From assembly GCF_003018235.1 (NCBI RefSeq), contig NZ_CP027437.1: a stretch of 64,000 nucleotides of DNA. The stretch is one strand, 5' to 3'. The position numbers and the translations under genes were made by a program. Of the stretch, positions 9,765-18,713 are shown piece by piece; position 1 is the stretch's first letter; every line of letters begins with the position of its first letter. The DNA is from Escherichia coli (GTDB lineage: Bacteria > Pseudomonadota > Gammaproteobacteria > Enterobacterales > Enterobacteriaceae). The notes under the pieces are model-generated. The model did not search any database. It was not told the DNA's origin and was given only the letters and a program-made list of their open reading frames with translations.

Positions 9765-10067
9765 TCATTGTGTACCCATTGATGTTCTTTTATATACCCT
9801 CAATACCCGTTTCATCGCGGCACTCTGGCGACACTCCTTAAAAATCAGATTCGTGCTCACCTTTCCTTCCCGTTCTTCTCTGGTAGCGAACCGGTAATAC
9901 ACCGTTCGCCAGACCTTACCATCAACGACCAGGATTCCTGCCCGCGCCATTTTAGCCGCAGCCTGATTTATGCTGGTTACGGTTGCGCCTGTTACCGCGG
10001 CAACGTCCTGTGCACAGAAGCTCTTATGCGTCCCCAGGTAATGAATAATTGCCTCTTTGCCCGTCAT
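9765..10067 (-). CDS. ren: Ren (Rex-exclusion relief protein)
   Basis: 100-aa product closely matches recalled lambda Ren (MTGKEAIIHYLGTH...FATREEREGK). Confidence 0.8.
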   Translation of the reverse strand: MTGKEAIIHYLGTHKSFCAQDVAAVTGATVTSINQAAAKMARAGILVVDGKVWRTVYYRFATREEREGKVSTNLIFKECRQSAAMKRVLRVYKRTSMGTQ

Positions 10068-10765
10068 ACACTTGCTCCTTTCAGTCCGAACTTAGCTTTG
10101 ATTTCTGCGATCTTCGCCAGAGCCTGTGCACGATTTAGAGGTCTACCGCCCATGACAGGAAGTTGTTTTACTGGTTCAGGTATCGCCTCACCACGGTTAA
10201 TTCGCGCGGTCATACAGGACAGTTCATCGGCAGCCTTGCGCCGTAATTCCGCGTCAGTCAACGCATTGGCCCGCATGTTCTGATACAGGTTGGTAACCAG
10301 CCAGTAGTGCGCGTTTGATTTCCACGGATAAGACTCTGCATCCGGATACAGACCACGCTTCCGGCAATACTCGTAAACCATATCAACCAGCTCGCTGACG
10401 TTTGGCAGCCCGGCGGTAACGGATGCTTCTTCCCGGCACCATGCAACAAACTGCCCGGGTGATGGCAGAAATGGTCTATTCTGCCGACGGGCAACACGCA
10501 TTCCGGCGCTCACCTGTTCCATCGTGGTGATCCCGTTTTCCCGGAAAGCCAGAACCCACTGGCGGCGGATTTCGTTCAGTTCGTTCTGGTCACGATTAGC
10601 CAGGCTCGCCGGGAAAGTTGCCAGTAACTGGCTGAATACACCGTTGATTATCTGCGCTACCTGCTGTACCTGCGGCTTTTCGTCGTACTGTTCCGGCATG
10701 TTGTTGGCGATCCGACGCATCTGCTCACGGTCAAAGTTAATCATCTGTGCGGCGATGTTTTTCAT
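10064..10765 (-). CDS. P: replication protein P (DnaB loader)
   Basis: 233-aa product near-identical to recalled lambda P. Confidence 0.9.
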   Translation of the reverse strand: MKNIAAQMINFDREQMRRIANNMPEQYDEKPQVQQVAQIINGVFSQLLATFPASLANRDQNELNEIRRQWVLAFRENGITTMEQVSAGMRVARRQNRPFLPSPGQFVAWCREEASVTAGLPNVSELVDMVYEYCRKRGLYPDAESYPWKSNAHYWLVTNLYQNMRANALTDAELRRKAADELSCMTARINRGEAIPEPVKQLPVMGGRPLNRAQALAKIAEIKAKFGLKGASV

Positions 10766-11781
10766 AGATCCACCCCGTAAATCCAGTCTGTGTTTGTCAG
10801 GTCGAGTTTTGGTTTGCTAGCTGTCACGCCTGCCTGTTGCTTGTTACGGTTGATTTCGAGTTGGGTCCACTTGTCGCGGAGTTTGGCCGGACTTAGCACG
10901 TTACCGGACCAGAAGTTGTCCTGGCATGCCCAGCGGAACAGCACGCACATGTCGCGGTGGTTACGTCCGTCACGTTCACGCATCAGGCGGATATCGTTAG
11001 CCCACCCTGCAAAATTCGGTTTTCTGGCTGATGGCGCGATGGTCTTCACCATGTCAAACATCCACTCTGCGGCGGTCAGGTCTTCTGCTGTCCCCCACTT
11101 GCTGCCGCTCTGAATTGCAGCATCCGGTTTCACCACAGGAAGATCGTTTTCTGGTTGGTCAGAGGATTCGCCAGAATTCTCGGACGAAAAAGGTTTTATA
11201 TTGTCTTTTGTTAGTTTGTCTTTTGTGTTTACCTGATTCGGGTAAACGCCTTTACCTGATTTGGGTAAACTTTTTTTACCTGATTCAGGTAAATTTACCT
11301 CTTTCAGGTAAACTTTATTTTTCTTACCTGATTCGGGTAATGTTGACCATTCACTGACCACATTATTAATGCCGGTATTCCGCCCGCTCTGAATAAAAAT
11401 CCCACGCTTTACCAGAACACTTTTTGCAGCAGAACACTTGTGCGGCAATATCCCGGTTAATTCGGAAAGTTGCTCGTTGCTAACCCAATCCAGTTTTTTA
11501 TTAAAGCCATATGTTTTGCGCATGACAGCCAGAAAGACCAGAAGCTGGTGCTGTGTTAATCCGGCCAGCATCACAGCTTCCAGCAACTCATTTGCAATGC
11601 GCGTATAACCATCATCGAGATCTGCCACGCGCGGCTCCTTTTGTGCCGCATCCGGCACTGGAAAATTGAATATCTCAGCAGTGTTTGCCATAATTCCTCC
11701 CGCAATGAGTGTGTTACGATTTGCACCTGAAAGTCGGTTCTGTTCCAGCAGACCGGCTTTCGCCATTTCTGAACCTGTCAT
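10762..11781 (-). CDS. O: replication initiator O-like protein (iteron-binding)
   Basis: 339-aa ORF upstream of P containing an internal array of 17-bp iterons; N-terminal region resembles lambda O (ADLDDGY...); C-terminal acidic linker. Confidence 0.8.
   Translation of the reverse strand: MTGSEMAKAGLLEQNRLSGANRNTLIAGGIMANTAEIFNFPVPDAAQKEPRVADLDDGYTRIANELLEAVMLAGLTQHQLLVFLAVMRKTYGFNKKLDWVSNEQLSELTGILPHKCSAAKSVLVKRGIFIQSGRNTGINNVVSEWSTLPESGKKNKVYLKEVNLPESGKKSLPKSGKGVYPNQVNTKDKLTKDNIKPFSSENSGESSDQPENDLPVVKPDAAIQSGSKWGTAEDLTAAEWMFDMVKTIAPSARKPNFAGWANDIRLMRERDGRNHRDMCVLFRWACQDNFWSGNVLSPAKLRDKWTQLEINRNKQQAGVTASKPKLDLTNTDWIYGVDL
11180..11340. repeat. phage replication origin: five 17-bp iterons (TTACC-N7-GGTAA) plus adjacent AT-rich tract, inside O
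   Basis: Repeats TTACCTGATTCGGGTAA (x2), TTACCTGATTTGGGTAA, TTACCTGATTCAGGTAA, TTACCTCTTTCAGGTAA at roughly 18-29 bp spacing; AT-rich block on the O-downstream side. Confidence 0.75.
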
Positions 11782-12317
11782 ATTGCCCCCAGCATGGTGG
11801 TGACCATTGCCATCAGTGGACCAGCCAGATCCGGGTCCACTCGAAACATCGACACAATGCCTTCACTCATCTCCTTCAGTTTCTGGTGGCGTGGTGCGTT
11901 GAGAATGACCGCCTGCTTTGCCTCACTGAGTTCCTTTTCCATTTCAGCCAGCCGAGCCATGAAGCTATCCTGCTCAACTAGGTAACCGCGATATTCCAGC
12001 GGTAGTACCGCCAGAATTGCCGGGGTCAGTTCACGCACGTTATTTCTGTATTTTTCAGAATCGAATTTGTTATCGAGGAAGCGGAACAGCTTCTGGCGTG
12101 CACGGCTGACATCATCAGGGAAATCGATGGTGCCGCCGCCCTGCTCCCGATACTCATTCACAATGAGTGCGGCAACGACATCCTGATTATCTACAGCCGA
12201 CCAGGCGCGGACGGCATCACGGATTTTTTCGTGGCCTGGAGCTTGTTTTGTTTGAGAACGATTTATCACCGCAGTCGGGCTAAATCCGCTAGTCTGTTGG
12301 TATGTAAGTGGTTGCAT
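11778..12317 (-). CDS. cII-position regulatory protein (possibly YdaT-like)
   Basis: 179-aa ORF between cro-like gene and O, ATGA overlap with O start; family not recognised with confidence. Confidence 0.35.
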   Translation of the reverse strand: MQPLTYQQTSGFSPTAVINRSQTKQAPGHEKIRDAVRAWSAVDNQDVVAALIVNEYREQGGGTIDFPDDVSRARQKLFRFLDNKFDSEKYRNNVRELTPAILAVLPLEYRGYLVEQDSFMARLAEMEKELSEAKQAVILNAPRHQKLKEMSEGIVSMFRVDPDLAGPLMAMVTTMLGAI

Positions 12318-12386
12318 AATTGACTCCTTTAGTTTGAATTGACTGTTAAGTTGATTGCTTATTGTTAAAGAGCGTGAAATGGAAAT

Positions 12387-12617
12387 TTAAGCTGCGTTCT
12401 TTTCAGTGTGTGGAAACAACTTCGGAAGATCCGGGCGAATCTGGTATGCCTTCACTACTCCACCAGTAGCCGTAACAATGCTGCCGACATGTTCAGGGGA
12501 TACCTTTGCTTTGTTGTGAAGCCACTTATAGACGGCCTGCTGTGAAACTTCGCAGGCAGCGCCTAGTTTCTTTTGTGAACCAACGATATTGATCGCTGTT
12601 TTGATGGCTGGGTTCAT
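12387..12617 (-). CDS. cro: Cro-like HTH regulator
   Basis: 76-aa protein with HTH (LGAACEVSQQAVYKWL), divergent from cI, GGAGG 5 nt upstream of ATG. Confidence 0.6.
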   Translation of the reverse strand: MNPAIKTAINIVGSQKKLGAACEVSQQAVYKWLHNKAKVSPEHVGSIVTATGGVVKAYQIRPDLPKLFPHTEKNAA

Positions 12618-12721
12618 AACAACCTCCGTGGTTAATTTGAATCAAGATTAAAACCATGGTTGTTTTTAGTCAACAACCATTTTCGTTTGATGAAATAAAA
12701 CCTTGGTTGTACATTTGGACT
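12618..12721. promoter_or_regulatory. OR-like operator/promoter region between cro and cI
   Basis: Three palindromic sites built on AACCA/TGGTT half-sites (AACCATGGTT; ACAACCATT; AACCTTGGTTGT) in a 100-bp divergent intergenic region. Confidence 0.45.
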
Positions 12722-13411
12722 ATGAAAACAACACTCTCAGAAAGACTTAAAGAAGCCAGATTAGCGCGAGGCCTTACACAAAAGGCGCTTGGGGATTTGG
12801 TCGGGGTTAGCCAAGCAGCTATTCAGAAAATCGAAACAGGGAAAGCTAACCAAACAACTAAAATCGTGGAGATCGCGAACGCTTTGGGTGTGCGCGCAGA
12901 ATGGTTATCTTCTGGCGTTGGAAATATGTCAGACAGTACAGTGCAACCAATACAAACAACTGTCAGCCATTCCAAATACTTTAAGATTGACGTTCTTGAT
13001 ATCGAAGTGAGTGCCGGGCCGGGAGTCATCAACCGTGAGTTTGTAGAAGTTCTACGCTCGGTTGAGTACTCGTTTGACGATGCTCGTCACATGTTCGATG
13101 GTAGGAAGGCAGAAAATATCCGCATCATTAACGTACGCGGTGACAGCATGTCAGGAACGATTGAACCTGGTGATCTTCTATTCGTTGATATCACGGTTAA
13201 ATCTTTCGACGGTGATGGTATCTATGCGTTTCTGTACGACGACACAGCCCATGTAAAGCGCCTGCAAATGATGAAGGATAAGCTGCTGGTTATCTCTGAT
13301 AACAAAAGCTACTCACCGTGGGACCCGATCGAGAAAGATGAGATGAACCGGGTATTTATCTTCGGGAAAGTTATTGGGAGCATGCCGCAGACGTATAGGA
13401 AGCATGGATAG
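12722..13411 (+). CDS. cI: CI-type prophage repressor (HTH plus S24 LexA-like peptidase domain)
   Basis: N-terminal HTH (LTQKALGDLVGVSQAAIQKIE), Ala-Gly cleavage site, GDSM serine motif and downstream Lys; ATG with almost no leader. Confidence 0.8.
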   Translation: MKTTLSERLKEARLARGLTQKALGDLVGVSQAAIQKIETGKANQTTKIVEIANALGVRAEWLSSGVGNMSDSTVQPIQTTVSHSKYFKIDVLDIEVSAGPGVINREFVEVLRSVEYSFDDARHMFDGRKAENIRIINVRGDSMSGTIEPGDLLFVDITVKSFDGDGIYAFLYDDTAHVKRLQMMKDKLLVISDNKSYSPWDPIEKDEMNRVFIFGKVIGSMPQTYRKHG

Positions 13412-13491
13412 TACCAATTAAAAATTATCAACCGGGCATTGTGCTCATTCAGTAAAACAACTTAATTATTCATTTTAGAATGGAGAACTTA

Positions 13492-14553
13492 ATGGATACT
13501 TTAAAATATGAGAAATTCTCTGATTTTGATCACAATGACCCATTTTTTGACTCTTTAAAAAAAGATTATAAAGAGTTTCCTCTTTGGTTAGAAAAAAAAG
13601 CCAGAGAAGGAGAATCAGCTTATGTGCTCTATGATGACAAGCATAAAATCGAAGGTTTTATGTATCTAAAAGAAAATGATGATGCAAATGACATTAATCC
13701 AGCGCTCCCACCAGGACGTCATCTAAAGATAGGAACATTCAAATTTGAATCTAAAGGCACCCTTCGCGGACAACGATTTCTAAAAAAAGCGTTTGACCAT
13801 GCATTTTCATCAAAATCTGATGATATTTATGTTACTGTTTTCGACAAACACGTCCATCTAATAAAACTTTTCCAAACGTACGGATTTTACATTCATGGTG
13901 AAAAAGAAACACATAACGGGAAAGAGTTTGTATATGCGAGGTCTTTGCATGAGCCTTATGGTGATATTTTATTAGATTACCCTCGAATAATGACATCAAG
14001 GGCCAACAAATATTTACTGGCGATTTATCCCGAATATCACACTAGACTATTCCCTGATTCAAAACTTGTAAATGAATCACCAGATATTGTCAAAGATATA
14101 TCCCATGCTAACAGCATTCATAAAATTTACATATGTGGAATGCGTTCTGTGATGGGAATGAAAAGAGGAGATATCATTGTCATCTATAGAACCGGAGACA
14201 AAAAAGGGCCAGCTCGCTATCGTTCTGTAGCCAGTACATTATGTGTAGTTGAGAGCGTAAAAAATATTTCTGAATTTTTAAGCGAAGATAGTTTTGTAGA
14301 CTATTGTATTCGTTTTAGCGTATTTTCTGAAGATGAACTCAGAAAAATCTATAAAGAACGTCGATACCCTTTCATTATAAGATTCACATACAATCTGTCT
14401 TTGCCAAAGAGACCCAATCGTGCTATTTTAATAGATCATGTGGGGCTAAATGGTTCGCGTGCATTCCGATGGAGTCACTTTAAACTCACAAATGAGCAGT
14501 TCTTAAAGATCATCGAGTTAGGCAAGATAAATGAAAGTTTTATTATCCATTAA
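13492..14553 (+). CDS. hypothetical protein, first gene of rexAB-position operon
   Basis: 353 aa from ATG with GGAG 6 nt upstream (track ORF starts 13480); AT-rich; no family recognised; C-terminal half has PUA-like-looking motifs (GDIIVIY). Confidence 0.4.
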   Translation: MDTLKYEKFSDFDHNDPFFDSLKKDYKEFPLWLEKKAREGESAYVLYDDKHKIEGFMYLKENDDANDINPALPPGRHLKIGTFKFESKGTLRGQRFLKKAFDHAFSSKSDDIYVTVFDKHVHLIKLFQTYGFYIHGEKETHNGKEFVYARSLHEPYGDILLDYPRIMTSRANKYLLAIYPEYHTRLFPDSKLVNESPDIVKDISHANSIHKIYICGMRSVMGMKRGDIIVIYRTGDKKGPARYRSVASTLCVVESVKNISEFLSEDSFVDYCIRFSVFSEDELRKIYKERRYPFIIRFTYNLSLPKRPNRAILIDHVGLNGSRAFRWSHFKLTNEQFLKIIELGKINESFIIH

Positions 14554-14908
14554 GCCTGAGTTTGCAGAAAAAATATTGAACGGAACAAAGCGGTTCGAGT
14601 TTCGTAAAGGTATATTCAAAAATCCGCAAATTAGCACCGTTGTTATTTATGCCACGATGCCATTAGGTAAAGTTGTTGGTCAATTCCGTATTGAATCAAT
14701 ACTAAGTGACGAACCGGAATCTCTTTGGAAAAAGACGGAAAAACACGCAGGTATTTCTAAGCAATTTTATGACTCATATTATTCAGGTAGAGAAAAGGCC
14801 TACGCAATAAAAATTGGTGAAGTGGAAAGATATAAAGAACCAATTCCTATCTCTGCTCTAGGTAGTAATATTAAGCCACCACAATCATATCTTTACCTAC
14901 CTGCGTAA
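14531..14908 (+). CDS. ASCH/PUA-like domain protein
   Basis: 125 aa; MKVLLSIKPEFAEKILNGTKRFEFRK N-terminus resembles ASCH-domain consensus; overlaps upstream gene by 23 nt (translational coupling). Confidence 0.5.
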   Translation: MKVLLSIKPEFAEKILNGTKRFEFRKGIFKNPQISTVVIYATMPLGKVVGQFRIESILSDEPESLWKKTEKHAGISKQFYDSYYSGREKAYAIKIGEVERYKEPIPISALGSNIKPPQSYLYLPA

Positions 14909-14912
14909 GAAT

Positions 14913-14939
14913 CCCGGCCACCGTGCCGGGTTTTCTTTT
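14913..14939 (+). terminator. rho-independent terminator ending the cI operon
   Basis: Hairpin CCCGGCCACCGTGCCGGG followed by TTTTCTTTT, 5 nt after the ASCH gene stop. Confidence 0.7.
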
Positions 14940-15049
14940 ATCCCCTCCCCTCATCACATATACCGTTCAAAAAACCACCACAATCTCCCTTCAGTTATCG
15001 CTATGCGATGCAAGTCACAAAATAAACCCATCCTAAATACAACCAGTTA

Positions 15050-15112
15050 CATCTAAAACAACCAATAAAACAACTTTTGTTGTTGACGATAAAACAACTA
15101 TAGTTTTAAATA
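15050..15112 (+). promoter_or_regulatory. pL/OL-like promoter with operator repeats
   Basis: TTGACG-N17-TTAAAT overlapped by ACAACCA and AACAACTTTTGTTGTT palindromes sharing half-sites with the OR region. Confidence 0.45.
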
Positions 15113-15184
15113 AATTCATCGCAACAACACAACGATACGGCAACCACCTGATTCACCGTTGCGATGACCGCTTAGATCCGCAGC

Positions 15185-15595
15185 TTGAATTTCAGCAGGC
15201 TCCGGGGAGTGCGAGGGGTGAAGCGGACGCGTGAACGTCGGTGTGACCAGCTGAAATCAACTCAACACTTCATACCTCAGTCGCTTCAACGAGGCGGCTT
15301 AGTTATGACAACCGGCGGCCATCCACCGCCTGAATACGCGCAGAAGTCTCCATATGTTCAGCAGCCCAGCTTACGGGCAGGAGTTTTTATGGTTCATCAA
15401 CATTATGGAACGCAGACCGTTAATCGAGGTGCGGTCATGCCAGGAATGCTGGTCAAACACAAAGATGGTACCTGGACTGCATCAGCTAATTTACGCGGAC
15501 GGCTTTATCTGCATCGCGGCATCGAGCGCACTTATACCCGTGATTTGCTCGTGGAAGTTTTTCTCGACGGACGCGGTAACGGCCTGAATCACTAA
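15185..15595 (+). CDS. hypothetical early-left protein (Arg-rich N-terminus; true start uncertain)
   Basis: 136-aa ORF between pL-like promoter and gam; Arg-rich N-terminus reminiscent of N-type ARM but no boxA/boxB nut site found. Confidence 0.25.
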   Translation: MNFSRLRGVRGVKRTRERRCDQLKSTQHFIPQSLQRGGLVMTTGGHPPPEYAQKSPYVQQPSLRAGVFMVHQHYGTQTVNRGAVMPGMLVKHKDGTWTASANLRGRLYLHRGIERTYTRDLLVEVFLDGRGNGLNH

Positions 15596-15670
15596 TCCCC
15601 TTTCCTGTTTTCCTAATCAGCCTGGCATTTCGCGGGCGATATTTTCACAGCCATTTTCAGGAGGTCAGCC

Positions 15671-15967
15671 ATGAACGCTTATTACATTCAGGATCGTCTT
15701 GAGGCTCAGAGCTGGGCGCGTCACTACCAGCAGATCGCCCGTGAAGAGAAAGAGGCAGAACTGGCAGACGACATGGAAAAAGGCCTGCCCCAGCACCTGT
15801 TTGAATCGCTATGCATCGATCATTTGCAACGCCACGGGGCCAGCAAAAAAGCCATTACCCGTGCGTTTGATGACGATGTTGAGTTTCAGGAGCGCATGGC
15901 AGAACACATCCAGTACATGGTTGAAACCATTGCTCACCACCAGGTTGATATTGATTCAGAGGTATAA
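15671..15967 (+). CDS. gam: Gam (RecBCD inhibitor), short form
   Basis: 98-aa product near-identical to recalled lambda GamS ([21 protein letters not shown]...). Confidence 0.85.
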   Translation: MNAYYIQDRLEAQSWARHYQQIAREEKEAELADDMEKGLPQHLFESLCIDHLQRHGASKKAITRAFDDDVEFQERMAEHIQYMVETIAHHQVDIDSEV

Positions 15968-15972
15968 AACGG

Positions 15973-16758
15973 ATGAGTACAGCACTCGCAACGCTGGCAG
16001 GGAAGCTGGCTGAACGTGTCGGCATGGATTCTGTCGACCCACAGGAACTGATCACCACTCTTCGCCAGACGGCATTTAAAGGTGATGCCAGCGATGCGCA
16101 GTTCATCGCATTACTGATCGTTGCCAACCAGTACGGCCTTAATCCATGGACGAAAGAAATTTACGCCTTTCCTGATAAGCAGAATGGCATCGTTCCGGTG
16201 GTGGGCGTTGATGGCTGGTCCCGCATCATCAATGAAAACCAGCAGTTTGATGGCATGGACTTTGAGCAGGACAACGAATCCTGTACATGCCGGATTTACC
16301 GCAAGGACCGCAATCATCCGATCTGCGTTACCGAGTGGATGGATGAATGCCGCCGCGAACCATTCAAAACCCGCGAAGGCAGAGAAATTACGGGGCCGTG
16401 GCAGTCGCATCCCAAACGGATGTTACGGCATAAAGCCATGATTCAGTGTGCCCGTCTGGCCTTCGGATTTGCTGGTATCTATGACAAGGATGAAGCCGAG
16501 CGCATTGTCGAAAATACTGCATACACTGCAGAACGTCAGCCGGAACGCGACATCACTCCGGTTAACGATGAAACCATGCAGGAGATTAACACTCTGCTGA
16601 TCGCCCTGGATAAAACATGGGATGACGACTTATTGCCGCTCTGTTCCCAGATATTTCGCCGCGACATTCGTGCATCGTCAGAACTGACACAGGCCGAAGC
16701 AGTGAAAGCTCTTGGATTCCTGAAACAGAAAGCCACTGAGCAGAAGGTGGCAGCATGA
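15973..16758 (+). CDS. bet: Bet (Red-beta single-strand annealing protein)
   Basis: 261-aa product essentially identical to recalled lambda Bet. Confidence 0.95.
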   Translation: MSTALATLAGKLAERVGMDSVDPQELITTLRQTAFKGDASDAQFIALLIVANQYGLNPWTKEIYAFPDKQNGIVPVVGVDGWSRIINENQQFDGMDFEQDNESCTCRIYRKDRNHPICVTEWMDECRREPFKTREGREITGPWQSHPKRMLRHKAMIQCARLAFGFAGIYDKDEAERIVENTAYTAERQPERDITPVNDETMQEINTLLIALDKTWDDDLLPLCSQIFRRDIRASSELTQAEAVKALGFLKQKATEQKVAA

Positions 16759-17435
16759 CACCGTACATTATCCTGCAGCGTACCGGGATCGACGTGAGAG
16801 CTGTCGAACAGGGGGATGATGCATGGCACAAATTACGGCTCGGCGTCATCACCGCTTCAGAAGTTCACAACGTGATAGCAAAGCCCCGCTCAGGAAAGAA
16901 GTGGCCTGACATGAAAATGTCCTACTTCCACACCCTGCTGGCTGAGGTTTGCACCGGTGTGGCTCCGGAAGTTAATGCTAAGGCGCTGGCCTGGGGAAAA
17001 CAGTACGAGAACGACGCCAGAACCCTGTTTGAATTCACTTCCGGCGTGAATGTTACTGAATCCCCGATCATCTATCGCGACGAAAGTATGCGCACCGCCT
17101 GCTCTCCAGATGGTTTATGCAGTGACGGCAACGGCCTTGAACTGAAATGCCCGTTTACCTCCCGGGATTTCATGAAATTCCGGCTCGGTGGTTTTGAGGC
17201 AATAAAATCGGCTTACATGGCCCAGGTGCAGTACAGCATGTGGGTGACGCGAAAAGATGCCTGGTACTTTGCCAACTATGACCCGCGCATGAAGCGTGAA
17301 GGCCTGCATTATGTCGTGATTGAGCGGGATGAAAAGTACATAGCGAGTTTTGACGAGATGGTGCCGGAGTTCATCGAAAAAATGGACGAGGCACTGGCTG
17401 AAATTGGTTTTGTATTTGGGGAGCAATGGCGATGA
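16755..17435 (+). CDS. exo: Exo (Red-alpha 5'-3' exonuclease)
   Basis: 226-aa product near-identical to recalled lambda Exo. Confidence 0.95.
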   Translation: MTPYIILQRTGIDVRAVEQGDDAWHKLRLGVITASEVHNVIAKPRSGKKWPDMKMSYFHTLLAEVCTGVAPEVNAKALAWGKQYENDARTLFEFTSGVNVTESPIIYRDESMRTACSPDGLCSDGNGLELKCPFTSRDFMKFRLGGFEAIKSAYMAQVQYSMWVTRKDAWYFANYDPRMKREGLHYVVIERDEKYIASFDEMVPEFIEKMDEALAEIGFVFGEQWR

Positions 17436-17614
17436 CGCATCCTCACGATAATATCCGGGTAGGCGCGATCGCTTTCGTCTACTCCGTTACAAAGCGAGGC
17501 TGGGTATTTCCCGGCCTTTCTGTTATCAGAAATCCACTGAAAGCACAGCGGCTGGCTGAGAAGATAAATAATAAACGGGAGGCGGTATGCACAAAGCATC
17601 TCCTGTTGAGTTAA
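17426..17614 (+). CDS. lambda orf60a-like small protein
   Basis: 62-aa ORF directly after exo, position and size as in lambda. Confidence 0.35.
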   Translation: MAMTHPHDNIRVGAIAFVYSVTKRGWVFPGLSVIRNPLKAQRLAEKINNKREAVCTKHLLLS

Positions 17615-17778
17615 GAACGAGTATTGAGATGGCACATAGCCTTGCTCAAATTGGAGTCAGGTTTGTGCCAATACCAGTAGAAACAGACGAAGAATTTCAT
17701 ACGTTAGCCACATCCCTTTCACAAAAGCTGGAAATGATGGTGGCGAAAGCAGAAGCAGATGAGAGAGACCAGGTATGA
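17587..17778 (+). CDS. lambda orf63-like protein
   Basis: 63-aa product [23 protein letters not shown]... matches recalled lambda Orf63. Confidence 0.5.
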   Translation: MHKASPVELRTSIEMAHSLAQIGVRFVPIPVETDEEFHTLATSLSQKLEMMVAKAEADERDQV

Positions 17779-17858
17779 CAACCACTGAATGCATTTTTCT
17801 GGCAGCGGGCTTCATATTCTGTGTGCTTATGCTTGCCGACATGGGGCTTGTTCAATGA
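17775..17858 (+). CDS. 27-aa hydrophobic micro-ORF (MTTTECIFLAAGFIFCVLMLADMGLVQ)
   Basis: ATGA-coupled to orf63 stop and to the following ORF start; single TM-like segment. Confidence 0.3.
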   Translation: MTTTECIFLAAGFIFCVLMLADMGLVQ

Positions 17859-18070
17859 CACCTCAGCAAGAAAACGCCCTTCGCAGCATTGCCCGTCAGG
17901 CTAATTCTGAAATCAAAAAAGCCAGACAGCATTTTCCGGATAAAAACGTCGATGACATTTGCCGTAGCGTACTAAAGAAGCACCGCGAAACGGTAACGCT
18001 GATGGGATTCACACCGACTCATTTAAGCCTGGCGATCGGCATGTTGAACGGCGTCTTTAAGGAACGGTGA
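17855..18070 (+). CDS. lambda orf61-like protein
   Basis: 71-aa product from ATG coupled to upstream micro-ORF (track ORF starts 17789). Confidence 0.35.
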   Translation: MTPQQENALRSIARQANSEIKKARQHFPDKNVDDICRSVLKKHRETVTLMGFTPTHLSLAIGMLNGVFKER

Positions 18071-18168
18071 ACATGAAAAGCAAAATCATCAGGGAGCTAC
18101 AGGCTCCTTTTTTATTATTCGCATTTACCCTCAAGCGTATTAACCAACAATTCAGGGATTAATGAAAG

Positions 18169-18387
18169 ATGGCAGACATCATTGATTCAGCATCAGAAAT
18201 CGAAGAATTACAGCGCAATACAGCAATAAAAATGCGTCGTCTGAACTACCAGACTGTATCCGCAACTCATTGTTGTGAGTGTGGCGATCCGATAGATGAG
18301 CGAAGACGCCTGGCTGTTCAGGGTTGTCGGACTTGTGCTAGTTGCCAGGAGGAGATCGAACTTAAGAACAAACAATGGGGACTGTGA
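18169..18387 (+). CDS. TraR/DksA-family C4 zinc-finger protein (lambda Orf73-like)
   Basis: 72 aa with CCECGDPIDERRRLAVQGCRTCASCQ (C4 finger typical of TraR/DksA family). Confidence 0.7.
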   Translation: MADIIDSASEIEELQRNTAIKMRRLNYQTVSATHCCECGDPIDERRRLAVQGCRTCASCQEEIELKNKQWGL

Positions 18388-18434
18388 TGGCCTCAAAGCA
18401 GCAAATTTCAACATCGTCCAACTGAGGTGTAAAA

Positions 18435-18713
18435 ATGTTCAGAATCATTTTTCCTAACACCTGGTACGTCGACCACCACGGCACTCCCTGCAAAATCCTG
18501 CGTTCTACCCACAACAAAGTTCACTACATCCGAAAAGGCAGAACATGTATCGCCAGCATGTTCCGCTTTAATCATGACTTTGAACCTGTGAATAAAGCTG
18601 ATGCAGATCGGATAGCAGAAGAGATCGAAACGGCAGAACACATTAAGAAGTTACGTGACATGCGTTCAAAAAGCAGAGGTAACCATGGAATCATACAGCC
18701 TCACACTCGATGA
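18435..18713 (+). CDS. hypothetical protein (Ea8.5 position)
   Basis: 92-aa ORF between orf73-like gene and xis; no motif recognised. Confidence 0.3.
   Translation: MFRIIFPNTWYVDHHGTPCKILRSTHNKVHYIRKGRTCIASMFRFNHDFEPVNKADADRIAEEIETAEHIKKLRDMRSKSRGNHGIIQPHTR

Noticed and set aside
11229-11340. Array of short direct repeats that could be mistaken for a CRISPR-like or tandem repeat array
   Set aside because: The repeats are 17-bp palindromes with irregular short spacers, lie inside the O replication gene next to an AT-rich tract, and no cas genes are nearby; they are origin iterons.
12656-12721. Longer N-terminal extension of cI given by the ORF track (start 12656)
   Set aside because: The extension overlaps the operator region and begins at a non-ATG codon; the ATG at 12722 gives a canonical repressor N-terminus.
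15113-15300. nutL boxA/boxB antitermination site downstream of the pL-like promoter
   Set aside because: No GCCCTGAARAAGGGC-like boxB hairpin or CGCTCTTA boxA found; N-type antitermination cannot be asserted.
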